Below are positions 40,173 to 52,078 of a stretch of 64,000 nt of DNA, piece after piece. A program made the position numbers and the translations under genes. A model generated the notes under the pieces. It did not search any database and was not told the DNA's origin. It saw only the letters and a program-made list of their open reading frames with translations. This stretch comes from Candidatus Krumholzibacteriia bacterium. Lineage in GTDB: Bacteria; Krumholzibacteriota; Krumholzibacteriia; Krumholzibacteriales; Krumholzibacteriaceae. Within the stretch, counting starts at the first letter, position 1, and every line of letters begins with the position of its first letter. The stretch lies in assembly GCA_963836185.1 (NCBI GenBank), contig CAWIIQ010000003.1, forward strand, positions 160,001-224,000, given 5' to 3'.

Positions 40173-40706
40173 TCAGGCTTCGGCGGCGATGATGGCGTTG
40201 ACCTTCTCGATGATCTCGTTCGCGACGCGCTCGGCGTCCGCCATGACGGAGGCCGACGTCACCGCGTCAAACTTCAGCCCCTCCATGTCCGGTTTCCAGT
40301 CCCCGTTACCTGAGGTGAAGAGCACCACCATGCCGGTGAGCTCCGCGTTCTTTTTCAGGAAGGCTTCCGTCGTGGAGTCGACGCCCCAGGCGATGCACTT
40401 TGTCATCACGATTATCGCTGAGTATTTCGAGACCTCCTCGTTCTTGAGCTGGTCTATGCCGATAAACTTGACGTAGACAGGCCTGTTCCGCAGCGATTCC
40501 CCGATCCTTCCGGCGACCTCCACCTTGAAATCGCTGTCTCGTGACGCGATAAGGATCTTTGTGACTGACACATCCTCGCCGACCTCGTACGCGGCGATAT
40601 CGGACTGCGGCACGACCTTGCGCCCGACAGAGCAGGCTGTCATCAACAGAGGAAAAATCAGTAACAATGGGATGAGTACGGGAGTTTTGAGCCTTGTTCT
40701 CTTCAT
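40173..40706 (-). CDS. Hypothetical lipoprotein (flavodoxin-like alpha/beta)
   Basis: Lipobox LMTAC; DAVTSAS near the C-terminus. Confidence 0.65.
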   Translation of the reverse strand: MKRTRLKTPVLIPLLLIFPLLMTACSVGRKVVPQSDIAAYEVGEDVSVTKILIASRDSDFKVEVAGRIGESLRNRPVYVKFIGIDQLKNEEVSKYSAIIVMTKCIAWGVDSTTEAFLKKNAELTGMVVLFTSGNGDWKPDMEGLKFDAVTSASVMADAERVANEIIEKVNAIIAAEA

Positions 40707-40718
40707 CGCCCGATTCCA

Positions 40719-43679
40719 TTAAAACAGCGTGTGTATACCGACCGTCAATCTCGGGGCCAATTGCTCTTCCTCGCCGGAGAGCTCCGGATGGCTGAGCCAC
40801 AGCGGCATCTCCGCCTTGATGACCCAGATCTTGATGCCGATACCGAAGTCCTGCAGCCAGGCGTCGAAGAAGTTGTGGTCGAGGCTTGCGGCCAGGTCGG
40901 CCGGCAGGGCCTCGAACGGCTTTGCGTCGAGGACGGTGCCGACATCGTAGAAGAGGTAGAGCTGGCGGCCGCTTAGCGACTTTTTCAGGAACCGCGGCAC
41001 CCAGAAGGGAAGGCCCAGCTCGGCGTTCGCCGCGAACGTTTTCCTGAACGAATAGTTGCCGTCGAAATAGCCCCTGAGGTTGGAGTTTCCCGGCAGCACC
41101 CAGTTGTTGTAGTAGTCTTCGGGGAAGGCGCCGACACTGCGGAGCCAGAAATACTTCTCTTTCTCGAGGATACCGGCTCCGGCGAGGTTGAGCTGCTCCT
41201 GCTTCGGCGGATCGACGGCGCTGCTTCCGTACCAGAGGCGGAGTTTCGGTTTCAGCCACCCGTCGAACCTGTGCGTAGGCCATATTCGGGTATCCACTGA
41301 GAACTTTTCGTAGTCGTCCTTGCTTCCCCAGAACGATGTGTCGAAATCGAACTTGAACGAAGTGGCGAATATATCCATCTTCGGCTTGAGCTCGAGGCTT
41401 CCGCCGATCTTGAGGTTGGTGCCCTTCTCGTACGTGCCGGGATAGACGTAGCTGTCGTCAAAGAGATCGTAATAGACGAATCTCAGCTGCCAGTATTTCG
41501 GCATCGGGTCGCTGAGGCTTTTTCTCTGTATCTTGTCGAGGACGAACGATCCTCCACCTCTTCCTTCACGGTAGAACCCCTCAAGTGTCAGCGTGTTCTC
41601 CCGGCCGAGCCATGAGACAGGCTGGTTGTATTTGAGGTAGCCGTCGATCGCTTCGCTGTCGATACTGTATGTGCCCTGGAGGATCAGCCTGCTGTACCTG
41701 TTATCATAGCTGCTTTTCAGCCTCAGGCCGGCCTTGACGCCGTCGACGTCGTTGTACCAGCCTATCGGGACGAACTCGAGCAGTCTTGAGGCGCGGGGCC
41801 ATTCGGTGCGCCACGGGTTCTCGATGGCGAGTTTTGTCTTTCCGGAAGAGTTGTTGTTGAGCTGGTAGATGTCGAGAATCTCGTTATCCGGGTTGATCGA
41901 TACCGATTTCGGTTTCGAGTCGAAAGAGTACGATTTTATCTATCTGTCTCGATATTCCGTCGACTTGTTCCTTCACGATGCTGCCGCTCTTCAATTTGAA
42001 TTCGAGGGTAAGGGGCATGATCATCTCGCCGGCGCGTCTTATCGTTACATCGGCCCAGTTGACCCCGTCCTCTTTCCTTGTCTCGAACTTCTCGAGAACG
42101 TAATCGCAGTTCTTGACCGAGTTGACCCACTGCTGTGAAGAAATCGTCGAGGTCGGCTCCCGTCACATCCTCGCAGACGGCGAGAAACACCTCCTCGTCG
42201 ACATGCTTGAATTTCCAGATCCTGAAATACTCCTGCATTATCCGGTTGAAATTATCCTCGCCGACCCGGTACTTCAGGGCACGCAGGAAGAGAGCACTCT
42301 TGTTGTAGGCCATCGTCCGGCCGCCGCTCTCGAATTCGTGGTACGGCGTGGCCATCGGTTCCGCGAAGCCGCTGCGGTGAAGATCGATGACCGAATCGCT
42401 TATCTTTTTCCAGAGGTCTTTCTGGCCCCTGTTCTCGATGATCCAGTTGAACATCTGGTACTGGGCGGGGCCCTCGTCGAGCCATGCGTCATCCCGCTCG
42501 TTATTGGCGAGCATCCCGTAGAACCACATGTGCGCGACTTCATGGACGATAAGCGCCATGTCGGGGCTGCCGTTCATCACGAGCATCGGGTATTCCATGC
42601 CGCCGTGCGTGGGGGAGTCGACGATGCTGATCTGCGGCCATTCGTAAGCGCCGATCATTCTTTCGTTCCGCTTCATCGTTGTCACCGTGCGGGCAAGGAC
42701 GGAATCGGCCCATGCGCGGTTCCACTGGCGGTAGAAACTTCTTACTGAGTATTCGCCGATCTTTGTCTCTTCCACTACGTAGAGGGGATCGGCACACCAG
42801 GCGAAATCATGGACGTCGACGGCACGGAACTTGACCGTCTTGAGCGAGAGCGACAGGGCGGCGTCGTCCCGGCCGCGTTTCATCCCGCTGGCGTCGGGCT
42901 GGGCGCCTCCGCCCGGATGGCCGCCGGGGTGTCCCCCGCCGCCGCTGCTTTTGTGCTCTGGCTTCTCGTTCCGGGTCCAGCCCGGATCTCCCTCGATGGG
43001 CACGCCGGTCGCCGCGATGACGTACTGGTTGGGAATCGTTATGCTGACGTCGTAAGTGCCGAACTCGCCGTAGAACTCACCCATCCTGAACTGGTCGTGA
43101 TGCCAGCCGGTCTTGTCGTATACGACGATCTTCGGGTACCACTGCGCCATGTCGTAGTGGTTGCCGATATATCCAGCGCGGCCGACCCGTCTTCGGATCT
43201 TCTCGCGGAAGCTCATGTCGAACACGACAGTGCCGCCTGGCGGCAGCGGCTTCGCGAATGTTCCGCTTAGGATCGTGCCCTCGACGAGGTAGTCGCCGGG
43301 CACGCCGCCGACCGTCATCGAATCGATGTCGATCCAGCTCGTGCTCTCCTCGGGCAGGCTCGTGAGGAAGGACCAGGTCCCCGGGAAAAAATCCCGGTAA
43401 AGCTTCGATTCCCTGCTCCTGTACGCGTTAGGGTACAGATGGATGAAATACCTTTTAAGGGTATCGGGAGAGTTGTTCCTGTAGGTTATCGTCTCCGTCC
43501 CGGTGAGCATCTTCCCCTCTATATCGAGGGTGCACCGTATGTCGTAGTCGGCCTGCTGCTGCCAGTAGTCGGTGAGCAGGTCCTGGACGGCCGGCCCCTG
43601 GGCGGCAGCGGTGCCTTGAAGCACAGCCAGGGCTATGAAGAAGGCTGAACAGGGCATTTATGACTGACTTCGGCATCAT
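40719..43679 (-). CDS. M1 family aminopeptidase with C-terminal outer-membrane beta-barrel region (frameshifts near 43650, 42135, 41940)
   Basis: YWQQ.ADY, AQWYPK, GGMEYP, HEVAHMWF...WLDEG. Shifted frames link the peptidase to GWYNDVDG and ORF 40719..41504, which ends TVGIHTLF. Confidence 0.82.
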
Positions 43680-43898
43680 TGTCCTTTCGAGGGGTCTCGG
43701 CGGCGATATCCGGCATAACCGCCCTGGATACCAGCCTGCTCAAGTTAGCACATAGCCCCGCCTCCAGCAAGAGCCGGATAGGGCGGTTTCGGGTTATACC
43801 CCGAAATCGATTGAATGATTCCCTCCGGACTGTTAATGTTTTTTCCTCAAAAAAGCCTTCAGAAAGACACGGATACGAACTTGCAGAGAGGAGGAAGC

Positions 43899-45821
43899 AT
43901 GAGCTTGAAACGCAGAGGCCTTACGATCCCTGTAGCGACCATACTGGGAGTCCTGCTGCTGACAGCAGCGGTTCTGGCCGGCTCGCTCGAGGACAAGGTC
44001 AACGAATTTGAGCTGGATAACGGGATGAAATTCCTCGTTGTCGAGCGAAAGGAAGCTCCGGTGGCATTCATGTCCATCGTCTTCAACGTCGGCTCGGCGA
44101 ACGAGTGGCCGAACGTTACCGGGATATCCCATCTGCTCGAGCACATGATGTTCAAGGGCACGCAGATGATGGGGACTACCGATTACAAGAAGGAGATCCC
44201 GTATATCGAGAAGACCGATGAACTCGGCGGGAAGACGATAGATCTCCGCAAGGCGATCGGTGAATGGCGCTTCGAGAAATTCGAAGAGCTTCGCAAGGAG
44301 GTCCTCGCCACCTTCACCGACGAGGAGAACGAGGCGATAGGGACCGACAAGTATCTCCAGAACAAGCTCGTCGTCGAGAAGATCAGGGGGATGGAATCGT
44401 ACCCCGGCGACCTCGAGTCGGAGAAGTACCTCATCGCGGAGGGTGAGAGGGATTACCTTGCCCTCTATCTCGAGTATCTAGAGACCTGGGGCGAGATCGT
44501 CAGGCTCACCGATGAGCAGCGCACGAAGTACGTGGTGAACAACGAGCTCTGGGAACAGTACATGAACAACGGGTCCCGCATGCTCAACGCCGGTACATCG
44601 AACGATTTCACGGTCTACTTCGCATATCTTCCGTCGAACCGCCTCGAGCTCTGGATGACGATGGAGTCCGACCGCATGGACACCCCGGTATTCAGGGAGT
44701 TCTGGATCGAGAAAGATGTCGTGATGGAGGAGCGCAGGCTCGCCGACAACGATCCTGACGATGTTCTTGACGAGGCTTTCAACTCGGTAGCGTTTACCGC
44801 CTGCCCGTACAAGTGGCCCGTCCTCGGATGGATGAGCGACCTGCAGACGATCGACCGCTTCGAGCTCGCCGATTACCATCAGAAGTACTACGCGCCTAAC
44901 AACGCCACGGCCTGCATCGTCGGCAATGTCGACGTCGAGCAGGTAAAGAAGATGGCGAAGAAGTATTTCGGATCGATAGACGCCCAGGATCCGCCGAACC
45001 CGGTAGAGACGAGAGAGCCGGAGCAGCGGGGCGAGCGCAGGGTCATCGTCGAGCACGATGCGAACCCTGCCCTGATGATAGGCTGGCACAAGCCGATAAA
45101 CCCCGATCCTGAAGCGGTCATCTTCGACGTCATCACAAGCGTGCTTTCAGGCGGCCGCACATCACGTCTGTACAAGTCGATATACGAGGAGCAGCAGCTC
45201 ACCGCGAGCCCGCCCGCCGCGTACACCGGCCCGGGCGACCGTTACGACAACCTGATGATCATTTCGGCAGAGCCGCGGAACCCCCATACCCTCGAAGAAG
45301 TCGAGGAAGCGATATACGTGGAGCTCGAGAAGCTCAAGACCGAACCGGTCGAGGAGAGGGAGCTGCAGAGGATCAAGAACCAGATCGACGCCAACCAGGT
45401 GCGTCAGCTCGGCTCCAACCTCGGCATCGCCTTCACGCTCCTGATGGGCGAGATCTACATGGGTGATTACAAGGCGATGTTCCGATACATCGATATGATA
45501 AAGGAAGTAACGGCCGAGGACGTCATGAGAGTCTCGGAGAAGTATCTCACCGAGCAGAACAGGACCGTCGGATGGCGCGTCCAGGTCGTGGATGAAAAAG
45601 AAGAATCCGAAGGGGGATCGGCTGAAGAGGATGAGATGATGAAGTACCGCGCGGTGCTGATGCAGTACATCCAGTCTCTTCCCCAGGATGAACAGATGGC
45701 GATCTTCCAGAAGTTCCAGTCGATGCGTTCGGAGCAGGAACAGATGGAATACGCGAAAGAGCTTATCCAGCAGGCGAAAGACGCCGGGTTTATCAAGGAA
45801 GACAAGACGGAGGGCGAGTGA
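43899..45821 (+). CDS. M16 (pitrilysin-like) zinc peptidase, catalytic subunit
   Basis: Signal peptide, LDNGM, GISHLLEHMMFKGT, NAGTS.D.T.Y, ESDRM, YYAPNN, GRTSRLY. Confidence 0.92.
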   Translation: MSLKRRGLTIPVATILGVLLLTAAVLAGSLEDKVNEFELDNGMKFLVVERKEAPVAFMSIVFNVGSANEWPNVTGISHLLEHMMFKGTQMMGTTDYKKEIPYIEKTDELGGKTIDLRKAIGEWRFEKFEELRKEVLATFTDEENEAIGTDKYLQNKLVVEKIRGMESYPGDLESEKYLIAEGERDYLALYLEYLETWGEIVRLTDEQRTKYVVNNELWEQYMNNGSRMLNAGTSNDFTVYFAYLPSNRLELWMTMESDRMDTPVFREFWIEKDVVMEERRLADNDPDDVLDEAFNSVAFTACPYKWPVLGWMSDLQTIDRFELADYHQKYYAPNNATACIVGNVDVEQVKKMAKKYFGSIDAQDPPNPVETREPEQRGERRVIVEHDANPALMIGWHKPINPDPEAVIFDVITSVLSGGRTSRLYKSIYEEQQLTASPPAAYTGPGDRYDNLMIISAEPRNPHTLEEVEEAIYVELEKLKTEPVEERELQRIKNQIDANQVRQLGSNLGIAFTLLMGEIYMGDYKAMFRYIDMIKEVTAEDVMRVSEKYLTEQNRTVGWRVQVVDEKEESEGGSAEEDEMMKYRAVLMQYIQSLPQDEQMAIFQKFQSMRSEQEQMEYAKELIQQAKDAGFIKEDKTEGE

Positions 45822-47236
45822 TGAAACGCAGGATCCTGGTTACAGTACTTGCGGTGGTACTCGTGGCGGCCCTCGCGTCGCCGCTCCTTGCCGGGAAGCG
45901 CAAGCACCCGAGCAAGTTGAAGTACCCCCCCATAGAAATAACATCCCCCGAGGTGATAGGCATCGCTCTCGGCAACGGGATGGAGGGCTTTCTCATCGAG
46001 GATCACGAGGTCCCCGTGGTGGATATAGTCATCCTCTTCCCGACCTATTTCCCCGAAGAGGGCAAGTACGGCCTGAACGAGATGGCGCAGTGGGTAATCC
46101 GGAACGGCGGCAGCGAGAACTGGCCGTCAGACAAACTGAACGAGGAACTCGAGTTCCTCGCCGCTAGCGTAGAGGTCTACGGCGGCAATCTCAATACGAG
46201 CGTCGCGATCAACTGCCTCACAAAAGACCTCGACGCCGTCCTGGCGATAGCGGCCGACCTGATCATGAATCCCGTGTTTCCCGAGGACAAGATCGGGAAC
46301 AAGAGGGGTGAGATGCTCGAGGAGATCCGCCGCAAGAACGACCAGCCAAGGGCTATCGCGCGGCGCGAGTACTACAAACTCATCTACAAGGGCCACCCCT
46401 ACGGATGGGATACGACAGTCGGCTCGGTCGAAGCGATCACGAGGGATGACCTCACATCGTTCCACGCCGCTTATTTCCATCCAGGCAAGGCCATTCTCGG
46501 CGTCAGCGGTGACGTCACAAAAGACGAGATCATCACCAAGCTTGAAAGCGCGCTCGAGGGCTGGGCGCAGGCCGAAGTCGTTATCCCCGAGGTCCCGGCC
46601 GTCGAACCGGTTTTGGAACAGAACTGGAACTACGCCTACAAGGACATCAGCCAGGCCTACATGATGCTCGGACATTACGGTATCAACTCGAAGAATGAGG
46701 ACCGCTGTGCCCTCCAGGTCATGAACTTCATCCTCGGAGGGGGCTCGTTCACCTCCTGGATCGTGACAGAAGTCCGTGAGAAGAAGGGGCTGGCCTATTC
46801 TTCAGGTTCGAGGTTCGGAACGGACGCCTTCACGCTCGGCGCCTTCTATGCTTACGCCCAGACGAAGGGCGAAGAGTACAGCAGGGCGATGCAGATCATG
46901 GTCGAGCAGATCGTGCGGATGCGCGATGTCGGCCCGACCGAGGAAGAGTTCACCAAGGCTATCGACTCGTACGTCAACAGCCAGGTCTTTGACTATGACT
47001 CGAAGAGCGGTATGGTGCGCCGCCTCGTAAGACTCAAGTTCGAGGGCAGGCCGCTCGACACACCCGAGAAGGACATGGAGAAGTACGCGAACATGACCCT
47101 CGAGGATGTCAGGGCGGTCGCGGGTAAATACCTGCACCCCGACAAGATGACAGTCTTCGTTGTAGGCGATGAAGCGACCTTCGACAAGCCGCTCAGCGAC
47201 TTCGGAAAGGTCAACGTCATAGACATCAAGGAATAG
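45818..47236 (+). CDS. M16 peptidase, non-catalytic partner subunit
   Basis: Signal peptide, EDHEVP, no Hxx[13 protein letters not shown]..., VREKKGLAY. Confidence 0.88.
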   Translation: MMKRRILVTVLAVVLVAALASPLLAGKRKHPSKLKYPPIEITSPEVIGIALGNGMEGFLIEDHEVPVVDIVILFPTYFPEEGKYGLNEMAQWVIRNGGSENWPSDKLNEELEFLAASVEVYGGNLNTSVAINCLTKDLDAVLAIAADLIMNPVFPEDKIGNKRGEMLEEIRRKNDQPRAIARREYYKLIYKGHPYGWDTTVGSVEAITRDDLTSFHAAYFHPGKAILGVSGDVTKDEIITKLESALEGWAQAEVVIPEVPAVEPVLEQNWNYAYKDISQAYMMLGHYGINSKNEDRCALQVMNFILGGGSFTSWIVTEVREKKGLAYSSGSRFGTDAFTLGAFYAYAQTKGEEYSRAMQIMVEQIVRMRDVGPTEEEFTKAIDSYVNSQVFDYDSKSGMVRRLVRLKFEGRPLDTPEKDMEKYANMTLEDVRAVAGKYLHPDKMTVFVVGDEATFDKPLSDFGKVNVIDIKE

Positions 47237-47247
47237 AAGATGCGCAG

Positions 47248-47275
47248 AAGGCCCCGGAGGTTCTCCTCCGGGGCC
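47248..47275 (+). terminator. Hairpin after the M16 genes (weak U-tract)
   Basis: GGCCCCGGAGG-TTCT-CCTCCGGGGCC. Confidence 0.45.
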
Positions 47276-47293
47276 GCCGCACGGGAGAGGACA

Positions 47294-48572
47294 ATGGACG
47301 ATATTACCGCGGTGGTCCTTGGTGGCGGGAAGAGGGACGAGACTCTATCCCCTGACGAGTAACAGGTCGAAGCCGGCCGTCCCGCTGGCGGGAAATTACC
47401 GTCTGATCGACGTTCCGGTGAGCAACTGCATCAACGCGGACATCAACAGGATATACGTCCTGACCCAGTTCAACTCGGCCTCTCTCAACCAGCATATCTC
47501 AGAGACATACCGGTTCGACACGTTCAGCAGGGGCTTCGTCGACGTACTGGCGGCCGAGCAGACCCTCTCGTCCTCGGACTGGTTCCAGGGGACCGCCGAC
47601 GCAGTCCGCCAGGTCCTGCCCCATCTGGAAGACAAGAACGCGAGGGATGTCCTGATCCTCTCCGGCGACCACCTCTACAGGATGGACTATCGCGAATTCG
47701 TAAGGCACCACAGGGAGTCGGACGCCGACATCACGATCGCCGTTCATCCCGTGCCGGCATCGAAGGGCCCCGACCTGGGGATCCTCCACGCCAATAAAAA
47801 AGGATGGATCACCGAATTCAGGGAGAAGCCGAGCGGCAGGGCGCTGACCGAGATGAAGACGGATACCCGCGCGCTCGGTCTCAGCGCGACAGAGGCGCGC
47901 AAACGTCCCTATCTCGGCTCGATGGGGATCTATGTCTTCAAGGCCGATGCTCTCGCGAAATGCCTCAGCAGCGACCCGTCGTCGATAGATTTCGCGCGCG
48001 AGATCATTCCGGACGCCCTGAAGAAGATGAAGGTCAGCGCCTACGTCTTTGACGGGTACTGGGAGGATATCGGGACGATCCGTTCATTCTACGACGCCCA
48101 CATGGAGCTCCTCGCACCTGTTCCGAAGATGAACCTCTTCGACGCCGACGCGCCGATCTACACGCATCCGAGGTTCCTGCCCGGATCGAAGATAAAGAGG
48201 GCCGACATCAGGCGCTCGATGATCAACGCGGGCTGCATAATCGACAGGGCGACGATCAGGCACTCGATCATCGGGCTGCGCTCGAGGATAGAAGCGGGGG
48301 CCATGATCGAGGACTCGTTCATATTCGGAGCCGATTTCTATGAACTGGAAAAGGGCCGGATCAAGAAGGGTGTCCCCCCGATCGGCATCGGAAAGAGAGC
48401 GGTCATACGAAAGGCCGTGATAGACAAGAACGTCCGTATCGGCAGCGATGTCGTTCTCGACAACGCGAGAAGGCTGAGAAAGTACGACGATCCGCAGGAG
48501 AGGTTCTTCGTGCGGGACGGGATCATCGTCGTGCCGAAGAACGCCGTCATCCCCGACAGGACCAGGTTCTGA
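47294..48572 (+). CDS. glgC: Glucose-1-phosphate adenylyltransferase (frameshift near 47328)
   Basis: [12 protein letters not shown] / [53 protein letters not shown]. Confidence 0.95.
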
Positions 48573-48598
48573 CCTCCCCGGTCCATTTCTGCGAAAAG

Positions 48599-51511
48599 TC
48601 ACGGGATATTCTTAAGAACCGTGAGCCTTTCTTGTGTGTAATCAATCTCCGGCAGTCCCTCGTCGGCACCTTGCCACATCTCTAGAAATCTTTCGTAGTG
48701 TCGGATCGCTTCGGGATTCATCCCGGTTTTTTCATACAACATGCCCAGATGATAGTATGAAAGGGCATGACCCCTGAAATAATGCAGCAGTTTCTGGTGC
48801 TGGTCGATGGCGGAGTCGAAATCTCCCGCCATCTCATGTATTTCAGCGATCTTCTCCCTCGTGAACATCTGCAATCCGCCGGCCCCGCCCATTCTGGATT
48901 CCAATGCAGCAGTCAGCCTGGCTACAGCTTCAGCGTAACCGCCATTGTGTATTTCGATCTCCGCTTCGAGTATCTCGATTACAACAATCAGGTAGCCTCC
49001 CGCATAGTCGATCAATCCGCGAAGCTCCTCCAGCAATTCAGACATAGCCTGAATAGAATCGAGTGCTGCATAGCCCCTGGCTCTATGTGCGAGATTGCCG
49101 GTCAACCCGGAAAAAGGCTCCCCGGTATTATTACCTGCAATAGGTGATATCTTCAGAATCTCTTCGCCCTGCCCCAGTCTCTCCAGCAGATAGATTCGTT
49201 CTCGATTGAGCCTTGATAGTTCACGAGGTGTCTGAACGTACTCTTCAGCCTCTTCAAATGCTTCGACAGCCTCTCTGTATCGCCCCGCCTCAAGATAGTA
49301 GTACGCCAGACCCGGCGTTTGACGCATGGTGGCGAGAGCATCTCGCTTCTCACTTCGAGACAACTCCAGCTCCTCCAGAGTCAGTTCTGTGCGAGTGATA
49401 GCCCCGTCGAGATCGCCTCTGCAGTAATTGCTGAAGGCGAGTCCCTGGAGTGATGCATAGAATTCCGGATCGATTTCGAGCGCTTTCCGAAAAGCCAGGT
49501 CGGCGCTGTCAGGATTCGCCACCTCCAGATAACGGAGTCCCATTTCGTCCCAAATGTTTTCATTGGATGGAAACAGGCCCGTATTGACTCTACCTTCTTT
49601 TACGGCGAGTTCGTTCTGCCCTGAAGCAGCTAACGATGTCGCCAGGTATATTCGCAAATCAGCGTCATCCGGATAGAACTCGAGCCCTCGCCTGGCAACC
49701 CGGACTGCATCGGAAAAGTACCATTCGTAGAGATTCACCCAGGTTATATCTCTGTGAGTCTCGAGATCGTCCGGCCAGAGATCGAGAAGTCGTTCATATG
49801 TATTGTTGATCCCACTGAAGCTGGCGGTCCCCCCGCCATAATTTGTCTTCCAGATCTCTATTCTGAGCCTGTCCTTCGGGCTCACCCTGGACTTGTACGT
49901 TACGGCCATATCGGCATAAGCATCTACGGGCCCTCCTCTTTGGCCCGCACGAAATAACACCTTACTAAGTTCGAGGTATGCCAGTGCAAAAGTAGAGTCA
50001 AGTTCAACAGCATTTTCCAGGTGGGCGATCGCCTCATCGAGTGAGAATGTTTGCCATGCGGCAATCCCAGCCATATATGCATCATAGGCTTCGGGAACAT
50101 CCGTAGTCACTGCCGTGACGGACACGATCGGCTCGTCCCGGACGCTTCCGATTATCTCGCTGAGGGCAATGATCGATTTGTCCTTGATCTCGTCGGCGAT
50201 GACGAACAGGTCCGCACCTCTTGATGCTCCTCCAGTAACATTATCACCCGTTCTGACGTCCACAAGGCTCCATGTCGCGAACCTTTTCCCGTCGACCTCG
50301 TTGATCTCACCAGACAAGAAATAGATCGCCCTGCATCTTTTAGTTATCTCTATCTTCTGATGGGCCCCGATCGGCTCATCAGACTCACCGAACACCTTGT
50401 GTCTGCTGTACTGGACCATTTCCTCACTGACCACGCGGATTGGACAGGGCTCGATAAGACCTTTATTGAGAAGGCTCGTCAGAGTCTGAGCAAGGCGGTT
50501 ATCTTCCGATCCACTCAGGTCGCCGAATTCAATCACTGCAAGAGCAAGTTCGTCGGTCCTGGCTTCGCTTCCACCGAATTTGCCCTTCAGCGCGAATATA
50601 GCTATGAGAGCGATTACAATGATGCCCGCAGCTACAGGAATCCAGCGGGGGTGAGATGGTCTGTCGGTGTGTACTTTTTCGCATGCTGTAGAAATGCCGC
50701 CTTCCCTGACAGCATCAAGATCGCTCTTCATATCAGCGGCCGCTTGATACCTCTCGTCCTTATCCTTATTCAATGCCCTGTCGATGACAGCACACAGCTC
50801 CGGATCGATCTGCCCGCATTTTTCCGAGATCTTTTCAGGCTCCTCGTGAACGATCCCGTAGAGCATCGCAGCCTCGTGCTCCCCCTTGAACGGCGGCTCC
50901 CCGGCGAGCATCTCGTACAGCATCGTCCCCAGTGAGAAGATATCCGAGCGATGGTCGATATCTTCCCCCCTCGCCTGCTCGGGGGACATGTAGGCTGCCG
51001 TACCGAGCGTATTCCCGTCTCTGGTCAGCTTCGTCCTGCCGGCGAGCTTCGCCAGGCCGAAGTCGATTATCTTCGCTTCTCCGTCCCTCGTCAGAAGAAT
51101 GTTCTGAGGTTTTATATCGCGGTGGACAATACCTTTCTCGTGGGCCCTGGCGAGCCCCGAGGCTATCTGTGAGGCGATTGTAACTGCCTCGCCTGTGGTC
51201 AGGCTTCCTCTGTCCATCTTCTCCCTCAGTGTCCCGCCTTCGTAGAGAGCCATCGCGATGAAGGTCTGGCCGTCCTCTGTCTCGTCTATCTCGTGGATGA
51301 CGCCGATTGCGGAGTGGTTGAGCGCAGAAGCTGCCCTGGCTTCGTGAACGAACCGTTTCACCGCCCCGGGATCCGAGTTCAGGTGCGGCGGCAGGAGCTT
51401 GATTGCAACCTCGCGGTCGAGCCTGGTATCGCGTGCGCGGTAGACCACGCCCATCCCGCCCTCACCGAGCTTCTCGAGTATCTGATAATGAGAGATGGTT
51501 TCCCCTGACAT
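48599..51511 (-). CDS. Hanks-type Ser/Thr protein kinase with TM segment, TolB/FlgO-like domain and TPR repeats
   Basis: LGEGGMGVVY, VAIK, HRDIKPQN, DFGLA, GTAAYMSPEQ; TM segment WIPVAAGIIV; TPR-like C-terminus. Confidence 0.92.
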   Translation of the reverse strand: MSGETISHYQILEKLGEGGMGVVYRARDTRLDREVAIKLLPPHLNSDPGAVKRFVHEARAASALNHSAIGVIHEIDETEDGQTFIAMALYEGGTLREKMDRGSLTTGEAVTIASQIASGLARAHEKGIVHRDIKPQNILLTRDGEAKIIDFGLAKLAGRTKLTRDGNTLGTAAYMSPEQARGEDIDHRSDIFSLGTMLYEMLAGEPPFKGEHEAAMLYGIVHEEPEKISEKCGQIDPELCAVIDRALNKDKDERYQAAADMKSDLDAVREGGISTACEKVHTDRPSHPRWIPVAAGIIVIALIAIFALKGKFGGSEARTDELALAVIEFGDLSGSEDNRLAQTLTSLLNKGLIEPCPIRVVSEEMVQYSRHKVFGESDEPIGAHQKIEITKRCRAIYFLSGEINEVDGKRFATWSLVDVRTGDNVTGGASRGADLFVIADEIKDKSIIALSEIIGSVRDEPIVSVTAVTTDVPEAYDAYMAGIAAWQTFSLDEAIAHLENAVELDSTFALAYLELSKVLFRAGQRGGPVDAYADMAVTYKSRVSPKDRLRIEIWKTNYGGGTASFSGINNTYERLLDLWPDDLETHRDITWVNLYEWYFSDAVRVARRGLEFYPDDADLRIYLATSLAASGQNELAVKEGRVNTGLFPSNENIWDEMGLRYLEVANPDSADLAFRKALEIDPEFYASLQGLAFSNYCRGDLDGAITRTELTLEELELSRSEKRDALATMRQTPGLAYYYLEAGRYREAVEAFEEAEEYVQTPRELSRLNRERIYLLERLGQGEEILKISPIAGNNTGEPFSGLTGNLAHRARGYAALDSIQAMSELLEELRGLIDYAGGYLIVVIEILEAEIEIHNGGYAEAVARLTAALESRMGGAGGLQMFTREKIAEIHEMAGDFDSAIDQHQKLLHYFRGHALSYYHLGMLYEKTGMNPEAIRHYERFLEMWQGADEGLPEIDYTQERLTVLKNIP

Positions 51512-51598
51512 CGTAAGGAGATTCTATCCAGGTGCGATTGAATATGTCAAAGGAATAAGGACAGTTATCGTATAGCAGCAAAGGGAATATCTGCGCCG

Positions 51599-52078
51599 TC
51601 AGAGGGCCATCGTAAAATATCTCTCGATGCTACCCGGATTGACAGGGTCGATGGCGCGCGTCTTCTCCGCCGGGGAGAATCCGCAGAGGATGTAGACCTC
51701 GCGGGCCGCCTCGAACTTTATGTCGGACCAGAGGCAGAGCTCTTTGCACCCCTTTTCACGGCACCACGAGATGGCCGTCTCGATCAGCTTACGGCCGAAT
51801 CCCTTTCCCCTGCAGGACGGCAGGAGATAGAGGCGGTGCAGTTCGCATTTTCCGGCCGTCTCCCTGGTCACTCCGACGCATCCGGTCACCTTCCTCTCCT
51901 CCTCGAGGACCCAGAACTCCCCGCCGCTCTCCTGGTACGTCTCCGGGATGGAGTCGAGGTCGCAGTCGAACTCATCGAAATCCATCGTGTAGCCGAGGGT
52001 GTCATATGATGCCTTCACGACATCGATGACTCCCGGGCCGTCTTCGGGGAGATAAGGCCTGATCAGCATGGGGATCAC
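51599..52078 (-). CDS. GNAT family N-acetyltransferase
   Basis: ELHRLYL...[13 protein letters not shown]. Confidence 0.88.
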   Translation of the reverse strand: MIPMLIRPYLPEDGPGVIDVVKASYDTLGYTMDFDEFDCDLDSIPETYQESGGEFWVLEEERKVTGCVGVTRETAGKCELHRLYLLPSCRGKGFGRKLIETAISWCREKGCKELCLWSDIKFEAAREVYILCGFSPAEKTRAIDPVNPGSIERYFTMAL

